A DNA stretch of 64,000 nucleotides from an uncultured delta proteobacterium (lineage in GTDB: Bacteria > Myxococcota_A > Polyangia > Polyangiales > Polyangiaceae). Below the pieces are notes generated by a model. The model saw only the letters and a program-made list of their open reading frames with translations, had not been told where the DNA came from and ran no database searches. Shown here piece after piece: positions 32,626-44,055 of the stretch (its first letter is position 1; each line of letters opens with the position of its first letter). The stretch spans positions 5,216,001 to 5,280,000 of the forward strand of contig CAWAIF010000003.1 of the NCBI GenBank assembly GCA_963782055.1, written 5' to 3'. Position numbers and translations under genes: made by a program.

Positions 32626-34484
32626 GAACCCCAGGGTATACGAGTCGGGCCTTTAACGCCAGACGCTTTCAAGGCACTAATGGCACGCGAGACAGTCTGT
32701 CCAGCAAGGTCCCGATTCAGGCCGCCCTTGACGAGCGCAGTCGTCTCGATATCTTGGACTGCTGCCCACGTCAACGGCCTGCCTGTCGCCGCGAACGCGC
32801 GATAGCCTTGCTGTTGCGCGGCCGTAACAAGTGGGTGTTCAACGCCAAGCCGGGCTAGCTCAGCGTTTGGGATCGCCAAGGCTTGCACCGGGTCATACGC
32901 CGGATCGCCCACGAAGGCACTCTTGGCGGGGACGTGGTGCCCACCGCCCGGTCCGCCGTACGGCTGAAGCTTGACGGGACGCTTCCCGATGGCTCCCTCC
33001 GTATCTCCCGCCAGCTCCGAGAGCGGACGCACATTCGGTTCGCCAGCGCGCAGCCCAAGGAAGAACAGCGCCAGACTTCCGAAGGCCACCACTTCGCGAG
33101 CGGCCGAACGTGCGGCGTCAACGTCTGATTGACCCGTGCCGGCGGTCGCCGCCTCGCGGTTTACCGTCTTCACGTTCTCCACGAGTCCGCGGGCAACCGT
33201 GCGTGCAGTCGCAATTGGATTGTAATGATGGTACCAGGCGCTGCCGTAAGCCTGGAGCGCTCCTCCAAGATCGCCCTCGCCGACGCGAAGGTAGACTTGG
33301 CGGAGGGGTTCCGCTTGTTGCTCAAGCCCGCCCCCAACGACGCGTACTGCCTCATTCACGAAGGCTTGTGCCGGCGTCTCTGGCTTTGGTGTTGGAGCCT
33401 TTGGTGTGACGCGTACTGTCGCCTGTCTAAATTCCTCCGCCTTGAGGGCGGTCGCAACCTGCGTGCGGTCGAGCTTCGGCTCGGGCCGTGAAGGCTGACC
33501 TTGTGTTGGTGTTGTCGCGGCCCGGTGCGCTGTGAGCGGGATGTACGCCTGAAGGAACTGAGCTGCCTTCGCGAGCTCCGTGTCGTGTTTGAACTGCGCT
33601 GCGAGGCGCTGCTTAAGGTTCGGATCCGTGTCCTGGCGCCCGTCTGGATCGACGAGAGTGGTAGGTCGGTTTCGTACGTAGGCGTAGGCGTTGTCGACAC
33701 CGCGTCCGGACGGATCTACCGCCGTCCACCTCCCGAGCCAAGCCGCGTAGTACCTCGCGCCGTAGTAATGCAGCGCGGTCTCCTCGTCCCTCTCCTTGCC
33801 GTTGTACCGGTACCTGCGCTTGCTCACCTCCCCGGTCTCCGACCGGAATGACGTCGCCCCGAAGGGGAAGTACTCCTCGTAGGAGATGATGCTCCCGTCC
33901 TCGGTGAGCTCGACGCACGTGGACTCAAGCTGGTCGGCGAGCTGGTAGCGCTGCCGTGACGTCGGCGAGGTCACGGTGCTCCCGCCCGTCACCGTGAGCG
34001 TCTCGACCATCGCGATGCGGCGCACGTCGTCCATGACGTGCAAGGTCTGGCGCTCCTCCTGCACCGTGGCGGTCCCGCCCGAGACCGAGGACTCCCGCCA
34101 GATCTCGTAGCCCCCGAGGTAGATGCGCTCGTCCCGGAGCGAGGAGGTCTTGTCCCAGACCTTGCGCACGCGGTTCCCCGCCGCGTCGTAGACGAAGTAG
34201 ACCGTACCACCTCCGCCGAGGTCGGCACTCTGCATGCGGTCCGCCCAGTCCCACGCGATGGTGGACAGGTGCGGCATGGCCGTCATGTTGCCGCGCTCGT
34301 CGTGGGAGTAGGTGCCGGAGTAGGGGCCGCCGGAGGGATCGCCGGGCATCTCCGTCGTCGCGAGCTTGTTGGAGGAGGAGTCGTAGGTGTAGTGGCGGTT
34401 CCAGTTGGCGCTGGTGGCCGTGTGGAACATCCCGAGGATGTTGCCGACCTCGTCGTAGTCGTAGGTCTGGGTGTACGAGCGCAT
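32622..34484 (-). CDS. Orphan RHS core + C-terminal toxin module 1
   Basis: RHS core; C-terminus contains GHHVP (possible nuclease). Confidence 0.88.
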   Translation of the reverse strand: MRSYTQTYDYDEVGNILGMFHTATSANWNRHYTYDSSSNKLATTEMPGDPSGGPYSGTYSHDERGNMTAMPHLSTIAWDWADRMQSADLGGGGTVYFVYDAAGNRVRKVWDKTSSLRDERIYLGGYEIWRESSVSGGTATVQEERQTLHVMDDVRRIAMVETLTVTGGSTVTSPTSRQRYQLADQLESTCVELTEDGSIISYEEYFPFGATSFRSETGEVSKRRYRYNGKERDEETALHYYGARYYAAWLGRWTAVDPSGRGVDNAYAYVRNRPTTLVDPDGRQDTDPNLKQRLAAQFKHDTELAKAAQFLQAYIPLTAHRAATTPTQGQPSRPEPKLDRTQVATALKAEEFRQATVRVTPKAPTPKPETPAQAFVNEAVRVVGGGLEQQAEPLRQVYLRVGEGDLGGALQAYGSAWYHHYNPIATARTVARGLVENVKTVNREAATAGTGQSDVDAARSAAREVVAFGSLALFFLGLRAGEPNVRPLSELAGDTEGAIGKRPVKLQPYGGPGGGHHVPAKSAFVGDPAYDPVQALAIPNAELARLGVEHPLVTAAQQQGYRAFAATGRPLTWAAVQDIETTALVKGGLNRDLAGQTVSRAISALKASGVKGPTRIPWGS

Positions 34485-35100
34485 GGAGGAGGGATGCCCC
34501 TCCGGGCGCCATGCTCGGGCTCGTGCTCGCCGTCGCGCGTGCCGGCGGTGGGTGCATGATCACGGACTACGGCACGCACGACGGCTTGCGCGCGAGCCCT
34601 GCGCGTGGCGCCCCTCCCCTTGATGTCGCGCTCCCGCGCGCCATCGGGGAGGCTGGGTGCTGCATGCGGCGGACCTCGGCGCGGGGAACAGGCAGTCGCC
34701 AGCGGGTGCCGGGGAGGCTTGCTCCTAGGCCACTACCGAGGTACGCCTCCGGCGTACCGCCTGAGGCTGCGGGCCGCAGTCGAGCGAGTGAGTCGCGTTT
34801 GCGGCGACGTCTTCCGGGACCGGCACGGGGCGTGCGGCGGCAGGACGCCGGAGGAGGTCCACGCCGGGCGCGAGGTCGCCGCCGGGCACCTGGGACGGCT
34901 CGTGCTCTTCGACGGCCGGCTGCGGTGGTGGCGCTTCTCGTAGCGATAGGCGCCGGAGAGGAAGTCGGTCCGGCGCCTCGGCCCTTGACATTGCGGTCTC
35001 GCGCGTGATGGGGGGGACGGGAGACGTGTGGGCGCAGGGGGTGCGATCTTCGACGTGACGGATCGATGAGAGGCTCCGTAGGCTTGGTGGGGTATTTACA
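34485..35100. repeat. RHS-associated intergenic repeat
   Basis: Similar to 31527-32148. Confidence 0.75.
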
Positions 35101-35369
35101 CCCTCCTGCGCGCCCTGCTCCTGGAGCATCCCCCGCTCGCCGACGGCCCCGACCCCCCGGGCGAGTCCGACGTCTCCCGCCGCGCTCGCGCCCTCGTCCG
35201 CGGCGCCCTGCACCTGCGTCGCGCGCTGGTCGCTTACCGTCACGCTGTCGACCGCGCCCTCGATGACCCCCACCACGACCTGCCCTTCTGACTGCGCCCC
35301 TCGATTCTCGTGCTCGACGCTCCCTCCATCTTCGTGACCACGCTCACCACGTCGAGCAGGGGGAGGCAA

Positions 35370-35618
35370 TCAATCATCATCACCGTATGCTCCGGGCCCC
35401 TCGACATGCTCACCGGCAGCCAGAAGTTCGCGCGCTGAGTCTTCGGCTGCCTCCAAGGAAGGGAACTCAAATGTGAGTACCACCGGCCCCTCGACCCCTT
35501 CGTCTGGGCCTTCATGATACGTCATCTTGCCACCGTGCTTCGCGACGGCCTGCGAGAGTCTCGCTTCCCGTTCATGGTCAATCGGTGGCTTATAGTACAA
35601 CTCAAACATAAAACTCAT
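35370..35618 (-). CDS. Small acidic protein, candidate immunity protein of the main RHS toxin
   Basis: Immediately downstream of the toxin C-terminus. Confidence 0.6.
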   Translation of the reverse strand: MSFMFELYYKPPIDHEREARLSQAVAKHGGKMTYHEGPDEGVEGPVVLTFEFPSLEAAEDSARELLAAGEHVEGPGAYGDDD

Positions 35619-35660
35619 CGGCCTTCGCCCGCATCTGGAACGCCCGCCGCCAATGGTTTA

Positions 35661-38600
35661 TCAATGACGGAAATAGATGTGCCCAAAACTTCCTCCTGTG
35701 CCCTTCTTTCCAGTTGTCCAGTCAGCGTATTTGATGTGCGGGAGAGTGTTCCCGACCTCGGGTTCGGCGGGCTGAACCTGGAACCAGTTCTTCTCGCCGC
35801 CGGGCTTCGGGTACTCCATTCCCGCCTTGGCCTCGGGCAATTCCGTTGCGCCCGGCATTGCCTCTGCGATTAAGCGACGAGCATCTGCGAGACTGTCAAC
35901 GATAACATTGAAACGTCCGGGGCCCTTCACGCGCTTGACAGCCTCGCTCCAACTGATTGCGTTCTTTGGGATGCCCGCAGTCTCATCTCCCAGTACCGTC
36001 GGTCCCCGTGGACGCTTCCCAATGGCTCCCTCCGTATCACCCGCCAGCTCCGACATGGGACGCACGCCCGGCTCGCCCGCGCGCAGCCCAAGGAAGAACA
36101 GCGCCAGACTTCCGAAGGCCACCACTTCGCGAGCACCTGAACGCGCGGCGTCTACGTCCGATTGGCCCGTGCCGGCGGTGGCGGCCTCGCGGTTCACCGT
36201 CTTCACGTTCTCCACGAGTCCGCGCGCAACGGTGCGCGCAGCCGCAATGGGATTGTAATCATGGTACCAGGCGCTGCCGTAAGCTTCGAGCGCTCCGCCC
36301 GGATCGCCCTCGCCGATGCGAAGGTAGACTTGGCGGAGGGGTTCCGCTTGTTGCTCAAGCCCGCCCCCAACGACGCGTACTGCCTCATTCACGAAGGCTT
36401 GTGCCGGCGTCTCTGGCTTTGGTGTTGGAGCCTTTGGTGTGACGCGTACTGTCGCCTGTCTAAATTCCTCCGCCTTGAGGGCGGTCGCAACCTGCGTGCG
36501 GTCGAGCTTCGGCTCGGGCCGTGAAGGCTGACCTTGTGTTGGTGTTGTCGCGGCCCGGTGCGCTGTGAGCGGGATGTACGCCTGAAGGAACTGAGCTGCC
36601 TTCGCGAGCTCCGTGTCGTGTTTGAACTGCGCTGCGAGGCGCTGCTTAAGGTTCGGATTCGTGTCTTGCCGTCCGTCCGGATCGACGAGCGTGGTAGGTC
36701 GGTTTCGTACGTAGGCGTAGGCGTTGTCGACACCGCGTCCGGACGGATCTACCGCTGTCCATCTTCCGAGCCACGCGGCGTAATACCGCGCCCCGTAGTA
36801 ATGCAGCGCGGTCTCCTCGTCCCTCTCCTTGCCGTTGTAGCGATACCTGCGCGCACTGACGTCGATGCTCCCGCTTGCTGACCGGAACGACGTCGCGCCA
36901 AACGGGAAGTACTCTTCGTAGGAGATGATGCTCCCGTCCTCGGTGAGCTCGACGCAGGTGGACTCGAGCTGATCGGCGAGCTGGTAGCGCTGCCGTGACG
37001 TCGGCGAGGTCACGGTGCTCCCGCCCGTCACCGTGAGGGTCTCGACCATGGCGATGCGCCGCACGTCGTCCATGACGTGCAAGGTCTGGCGCTCTTCCTG
37101 CACCGTGGTAGTCCCGCCCGAGACCGAGGACTCCCGCCAGATTTCGTAGCCGCCCAGGTAGATCCGCTCGTCCCGGAGCGAGGAGGTCTTGTCCCAGACC
37201 TTGCGCACGCGCTGGCCGGCGGAGTCGTACACGAAGTAGACCGTACCACCTCCGCCGAGGTCCGCGCTCTGCATGCGGTCCGCCCAGTCCCACGCGATGG
37301 TGGACAGGTGCGGCATGGCCGTCATGTTGCCGCGCTCGTCGTGGGAGTAGGTGCCGGAGTAGGGGCCGCCGGAGGGATCGCCGGGCATCTCCGTCGTGGC
37401 GAGCTTGTTGGAGGAGGAGTCGTAGGTGTAGTGGCGGTTCCAGTTGGCGCTGGTGGCGGTGTGGAACATGCCCAGGATGTTGCCGACCTCGTCGTAGTCG
37501 TAGGTCTGCGTGTAGGCCCGCATGGCCTGGGTGTCGTTGGGGTGAGGCACCGTCGACAGGGGGCTGTCGAGGTCGGTCATGGTCTCGGGCTGGGTCTGGC
37601 TCGGGTGCTCCCGGCCGCTCGCCGACGTGAGGCGGTAGATGGGATCGTACTCGTACTGGCGGTCGCCGGTGACGGGGCTCGAGCCGGAGAAGTAGAGGGT
37701 CTGGTCGGCGCCGTCGTCGATCTCCACGATCTTGCCGACGGGATCGTAGGTGAGCGTCGCGTCCTGGAGGGTGGCGCTGTCGCTGGCGCGGGTGGTGGTC
37801 TGCTCGGTGAGGCGGAAGGTTTCTGCCTCGTAGGAGTACGTGGTCGTGAATGCGGCGCTGGAGGAGCCGGCGTAGTCGATCTGGGTGCGCTGTCCGCGTG
37901 CGTTGTAGTCGATGTTTCTCACGAACGCCGTGGCGGTGCTCGCCCCGAGGATCTTGACGTCGACGGCCTCGAGGAGGTTGGCCTCGTTGTAGGTGGGGAG
38001 GTAGACGCTGGAGTCTGGTGTGGTGATGGAGGTGACGCGGTCGAGGGCGTCGAAGGTGCTCGACGTGGTGAAGGTCTCGCTGGCGAGGTAGGTGGCGGCG
38101 GCGGACTCGATGGCGGAGAGGGTGGAGATGCCGTCGAGATCGTCCCAGCTGGCGGTGGTGGTGTAGTCGGCGATGAGGACGCGGCTGTGCTGGAGGAGGT
38201 TTCCCTTGAAGTCGAACGCGTCGTGGGTGGCGGCGCCGGCGCCGTCGTAGACGCGGTAGACGCGGCCGGCCATGTTGACGCTGGTGGGATCGGAGAGGAT
38301 CTCTCCGTAGAGGGTGAGCTCGGCGAGGAACTCGCTGCCCGCGCCGAGGGTGACGTAGAGCTTGGTGGGTCTTCGGAGGGCGTCGAAGTCGTGGCGGACC
38401 ATGACGCTGCGGCTGTTCCACGCTCGGAGCGCCTCGCCTGATGTCGTGAAGAGGGCGGAGCTGGTGCCGGCCTCGGCGCTGACGCTCTGGATGGCGTGGC
38501 CGCCGGGGCAGTAGGTGTGCGCGAGGGTGGTGTTGCCGCGGGCGTCGGTGAGGGAGAGGGTGTTGCCCTCGATGTCGAGCTCCAGCGTCGTGTCGTAGTA

Positions 38601-40606
38601 GTCGTGGGTGGAGCTCGAGCCGTTGTCTTGCTGGGTGAGGAAGGTCCTGCCGAGGGTGTCGGCGTGGGCGAGGGTCGGGGTGCCGTCGCACGCGGCTGCA
38701 AGGGTGGCAGCGCGGTGGAGTGGATCGCCGCTGGAGAGGGCGATGTTGGTGGCGTACCACTGGGAGTCGGTGACGGTGTCGTTGGGGTCCCAGGTCTCCT
38801 GGTACCAGGGGGTGAAGACGACCTTGGAGTAGGTGCCGTTGGGGAAGTCGGTGCGTACGAGGCGGCTGAGGGCGTCGTAGCGCATGATGGGGGTGACGCC
38901 GCTCGAGGCCAGAATCGCTCTCGAGGTCGTAGCCGCCGTCGGAGGCGAAGTAGGGCTCGTACTGCTTGATGGGGTTGCCCTTGTTGTCCCAGACGGTGCG
39001 GCCGTTGCCGACCCAGCGCGGGTTGTCCTCGGCGTCGGGCTCGGCTTGCACCTTGCGCAGGACCTCCTTGCCGTTGCCCGCGGTGTACGAGTAGCTCTCC
39101 TGCCAGACGGCGGTGCCACCGTGGTCGATGCGGTGGTAGGCGTGGCCGTAGACGGGGGTGGGGGTGGAGCCGCCCTCGGTGTCGTGCCAGGAGGAGAGAT
39201 CGTATTCGAAGTAGGCGGTGGGGTCGGTGAGGGTGTCGCCGTCGGAGCCGCCGCTCTTGCCCATCTCGGCCATCTTGACGACCATGCCGAGCTCGTCGAA
39301 GGCGACGGCGACGCGGTTGCCGTTGGGGTCGGTGGTCTGGTAGGGGCCGAGGACGCGGTAGTCGTTGTCGAAGGTGGTGACGAGGTCGAGGGCGGCGGTG
39401 GTGTCGGAGGTGTGGGCCTCGGTGGGGAGCAGATCGTAGGAGTCGAAGACGACCTTGGAGCGGTTGCCGAAGGGCTCGGTGATCTTGGTGACGAGGTAGA
39501 AGTGGTCGGGGTCGTAGGTGGGGACGCTGGAGATGGCCCAGTAGTCGGAACCGACCGCGACGTAGCCGGCGTCGGTGCTGAGGATGGTGCTGGTGACGGT
39601 GCTGCCGTAGACGCTGGTGACGAGGCCCCCGGTGAGGGCGAGCGAGAGGGTGTGGTCGAGCAGGGCCTTGGACTCGATGGAGCCGAGGGAGAGAGTGGCG
39701 GAGAGATCGTCCTTGATGTAGATGGCCTGCGACTTGTGTAGGAGGCGCTTCTGGAGGCCGGAGGTGGGGGCAGTGTCGTAGGCGATCTCGCTGGCGGATG
39801 ACGCGGCGGTGGCGACGGTGTCGAAGTCGAGGAGGCCGCTCGAGTAGCTGATGCCGGTGAGCTCGAAGCTGCGCGCTTCCTTGGGCACGGCGATGCGGCG
39901 CCAGGTGTCCTGATCGTCGACGTGGATGACGTCGTGCTCGGCGAGGGAGACCCAGAGCTTGTTCTGCTCGTCGTAGCTGGAGCTGGTGCGGCGGGGGTAG
40001 CCAACGGCGGCGGCCTGGGTGACGACGCCGTAGTCGTCGACGGCGAGGGTGAAGGCGTGCTGGACGCGGGGGTCGGTGGCGTCGCGCTCGTAGTGGTAGC
40101 TCACGGCCTCGCGGGGGTGGGTGAGGTAGACGCCGTGGCGCGTACCGGCGGCGGGGGGCTGGAGCTGGCGGACCTCGTAGCGGTGCTCGGCGACGGAGTA
40201 GGGCTTGTCGGCGTCGGAGGTGCCGTCGTCGGCGTAGAGCTCCTGGCGCAGGACGCTGCCCTTGAGGGCGCGGGCGGCCTCGCGGGCCTGCTGCGGGCTG
40301 TCCGGCGTGAAGTTGGTGAGCAGGGTGCGGTCGAGGACCGTGGCGGAGGAGTCGCCGCTGAAGTACTCGCCGGAGAAGGCGGCGGCGATGTCGGCGGCGT
40401 CCTTCCAGGCGCCGGTGTGGAACCAGGTCCTGGTGAGGACGGGCGGGAGCTGGTACTCGCCGCTCTGGTCGGGCAGGAGGTTGGAGGGGAAGGTGCCGCT
40501 GCCGACGTCGTCGCTGAAGGACTCGGCGTCGCTTTGCTCGACGTAGCCGAAGCCCCTGAACTCGCGCTCGGGGCCGTCGTAGTAGCCGTGGCGGTAGCTG
40601 TAGGTG
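35661..40606 (-). pseudogene. 5'-truncated TcdB/TccC-like (toxin complex B/C + RHS) protein; frameshift near 38913
   Basis: Begins mid-gene at repeat R6 with YSYRHGYYDGPEREFRGFG; reading switches from the 36646-40104 frame to the 35661-40004 frame; RHS core and variable C-terminus present. Confidence 0.85.
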
Positions 40607-40706
40607 GCGCATAGGAAATCCTAGCGCGGTCGGGCGCGAAAGTTTACGGAATCCATCTTATGCGAAGTGGGGCCGTCCGGTGTCACTGGAAGGACGGACC
40701 AGGGTG
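40607..40706 (+). repeat. Array repeat R6 (intact, variant A)
   Basis: Full 100-mer. Confidence 0.98.
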
Positions 40707-40896
40707 GCTCGATGTCGCTGTGCTTCGCCCTGCCGGAGAAGAGCTGCACCCTTCGACAATCGCCGCGCAGAACATCACATCGTTGTAGATCAACAGGAGC
40801 CTTCCGCGTGACGACCCAGTCGGACCGCAACACCGCGCAGAACGTGAGTCAATTGCGGAGCGATTCCCAGCACCCGACGCCATGGGAGACCGCGGT

Positions 40897-41991
40897 TCAG
40901 TCACCGCCAAACGGCGGGTGTGACGCGACCCAGATGTCATACTTTCCGCCGCTCCCCGAGCGCTGACTGGTGAAGTAGAGGCTGCAGGAGTCCGGCGAGA
41001 TCCATCCTGGGATGTCCACACCCTGGTTGGAGGCAAGCTCCGTGACGACGGCGGCGTTCGCGAACAGGGAGCTCGTCGTGGCACGGTTCGCTACCCAGAC
41101 GTCGCCTCCTTGATAGTAGTACAGCGTCAGCCCGTCGCCCGTCACCACGGGATGCGGGACATCCGCGACGCCCGACACGAACACTTGCACCGGCTTGGAG
41201 CATGTCCCCTTGCCAGTGCAGTCCGCCTCGAAGAGAGGCAAGTCAGCGTTGTTGCCCTGCATGGTCAAGTACAACTTACTACCGTCCTCGGTCACATATG
41301 GCCACCGATGGAAGACGTTCGGCTGGCTGACGCCTGTCACCACCGACGGGGTGCCGAATGGCATCGCGGTGCTCGTGCGCTGGCTCACGAAGATGTCGAA
41401 GAATGACGCAGCGTCGAAGTCGTTCGACTCGAAGTACATCGTGAGCCCATCCGCCGTAACAGCCGGGGCGTCGTCTATGAGGGAGCCGTTGACGTTGCCG
41501 ACAGGCGCGACGTTGCCGAAGGCATCGCTCCTTGTCGCGCGGGTGGCCTGGTAGATGTCCACGCTCTGGTTGGCGTTCGCGCCGCGCGCGAAGTAGATCG
41601 TCAGCTCGTCGGGGCTGAGGGAGCCGACCAGCTCGTAGTCCGCCGTGTTGATGTTCCCGCCCAGCGGCGTCGGTGGCATGAAGGGCTTGCCCAGATCGCA
41701 CGGCGGCTGGCCCGAGTCGGTCGGCGCGGCGTGGTCACTTCCGTCCCCACTGGCGTCGAGGTCTGCATCGACCCCCGCGTCGAGGCCCGAGCAGTCGCAT
41801 GCCGAGTATGCCGTCCCCGCCGCGTTGCAGACCTGGTACCCGGTGCAGCTCCCGGCGCCGACGCAACTGACCGACTGGTTCGGGATGCATGCCGGGGACG
41901 ACGACACGGGGGGATCGCCTCCGCCGCACTGGAACGCGAGGGCCGCGCCGACCGCCGCGGCGGTGAATAGGACAAGGTACTGTCTCGACAT
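40897..41991 (-). CDS. TolB/PD40-like lipoprotein (second copy)
   Basis: Identical to 8158-9252. Confidence 0.75.
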   Translation of the reverse strand: MSRQYLVLFTAAAVGAALAFQCGGGDPPVSSSPACIPNQSVSCVGAGSCTGYQVCNAAGTAYSACDCSGLDAGVDADLDASGDGSDHAAPTDSGQPPCDLGKPFMPPTPLGGNINTADYELVGSLSPDELTIYFARGANANQSVDIYQATRATRSDAFGNVAPVGNVNGSLIDDAPAVTADGLTMYFESNDFDAASFFDIFVSQRTSTAMPFGTPSVVTGVSQPNVFHRWPYVTEDGSKLYLTMQGNNADLPLFEADCTGKGTCSKPVQVFVSGVADVPHPVVTGDGLTLYYYQGGDVWVANRATTSSLFANAAVVTELASNQGVDIPGWISPDSCSLYFTSQRSGSGGKYDIWVASHPPFGGD

Positions 41992-42362
41992 GATGCCCTC
42001 CATCGACCGGCCGCGATGATGGCTCGTCGCCACAACAACACAGAGCACGATCCCACTCGTGGCGCAAGGCGCGGGCCTGCGCTGCCGGCTGCCGGGGACC
42101 TGGTCGTTCCCGGTCCGGCAGCGTTCTCATGGCTGGAGGCGCGCCACCAAGGCCTCCCCACTGACCGCGACCGCGCGCGTGACGGTGCCGGACGGCAAGG
42201 TCATCGTGTCGGCGCGTGTCCGCGCAGCATCCGACCACCACGGAGTCCGGCCACGTGGGGAACGCAAGCCTCAGAAGATGTTCGCGCTGCTCTGCGACGA
42301 GCCGGAGCCGAAGCTCGCCAAGTTCTTCCCACCGGAATCGAACTGCGCGTCGCCTCACACCG

Positions 42363-42905
42363 TTAACGTTGAGTCTCACACGCGCGCGTGCAGGCATTGT
42401 GCACGGCATCGGCTCCGTCAAGGCAGCGTTGCAGAGCGCCTCCGCCATTCGCACACCACGCCCGTCGGCAGGTCCGACGAACCGTGCGAATGCACGTGTT
42501 GCGATCAGCGTTGTCCGCGGCAACGTCGGCTCTACAGTCCTCGAGAATCTGGGGTAGGTCTCCAAGGCACACATTCTCGCAGAACGCACGCGCCGCGAAA
42601 CCACGGCACACTACATGACATTTTTGCGTACGCTCGGTAGCGACGCTCGTACAACTCCCCACATCTTCGGGCGAACCGCATACGGCGTCACCGACCCGGC
42701 AGTATGCGTCGCAGGCGGTACACTCCATGCTCCTGACGAGCACCGGGCGTGCGCAGGCGTCGAGGCAACCAGCGCGACGCTTCCGCGCCACCAGCGCGTC
42801 CCGCTCGGCCATCGGCCTGCAGCCCCATAGACCGAGGGCGACGACGATAAGCAGCGCCGGAAAGGAGGTGACGCGACGCATCCCAGTTAGCCGCGACATC
42901 ATCAT
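42363..42905 (-). CDS. Cys-rich hypothetical lipoprotein (second copy)
   Basis: Identical to 9624-10166. Confidence 0.45.
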   Translation of the reverse strand: MMMSRLTGMRRVTSFPALLIVVALGLWGCRPMAERDALVARKRRAGCLDACARPVLVRSMECTACDAYCRVGDAVCGSPEDVGSCTSVATERTQKCHVVCRGFAARAFCENVCLGDLPQILEDCRADVAADNADRNTCIRTVRRTCRRAWCANGGGALQRCLDGADAVHNACTRACETQR

Positions 42906-44055
42906 GCGTCATGGATCGGTGTTGTCCGTGGCGCGCCGGCACCCGATGGTGAGCCCTTGATCACACGCCTTCGCATACAGCCGTTGAGCAGCTACCGCAT
43001 CCGGTCGCGTTCCGACGCCGACCGCCGTGAGCCGCGCCAAAGTCAAGCACGCAGTCGACTCGCCCTCATTGCAGGCCAGATCGTCAAATGATACCGCGAT
43101 GCTGGCGTCTCGTGAAGTTCCGATGCCAGCTTCGTAGACGCGGCCCACGTTGGCGCAAGCTTGCCCGAGTCCCTCCTGGCACGCCTTGATGTAGAGCTCT
43201 ACGGCGCGTGCAGCGAACCCGCATCCTGGTGTCCTCTCGTAGACTTGCGCCAAGTCGTTGCAGCCTCCCGCTCCGTCGCGGCCGCCATTCAAGCAGGCTC
43301 GTTTGTAGAGGCGAAGCGCCGTTGCCTCATCCCGCTCGACGCCGAACCCAACTTGGTAGAGCTGCGCAAGGTCCTCGCATCCTACCGGATCGTCATGAGC
43401 GCACGCGTGTCGATATAGCTCCGCGGCGCGGACTGGATTGAAGCTCACCGTAATGCCATGCTGGTAGGCAACGCCCAGGTTGACGCAGGCGCTCTCACCG
43501 CCCCCATGACCACACGCTCGCCGGTATAACTTGACTGCGCGCGCCGTGTCGACGGGTACACCGCGGCCGCTGTCATACAGCCACCCTAGATTGCCACATC
43601 CAACCATGTCACCCCCCGCGCATCCTCGCCAATAGCTCGTCGCCGCGCGAGCGTAATCCTGGATACCACCGCGCCCGCGTTCGAAGAGGGCGCCCAGGTT
43701 GCTGCAGGCGCGAGCCAGACCCCTGCCGCAAAGCGAATCGTAGAGGAGTGCCGCTTGCGGCACATCGCGACTGTCATCGTCGTAGAGCCACGCGAGTTGG
43801 AGGCAGGCCTCGACGTCGCCGGCGTTGCATGTAGCCTGCTGGATGGTGATGGCGTGATCAACGTCTCGCGGGACACCAAGCCCCCCCGCATAATCAATTC
43901 CCAAACGCCTACATCCAACGATCTGTCCCCCGTAGCAAGCACGTTGATTGAGGCGCGCGGCGCGTTTGAGATCGGTGCTCACACCAATGCCGTTCGCGCA
44001 GAGCCACCCCAGGTCCAGACAGCCTTCGGCGTCGCCAAGCTGGCACCCCCGCTCG

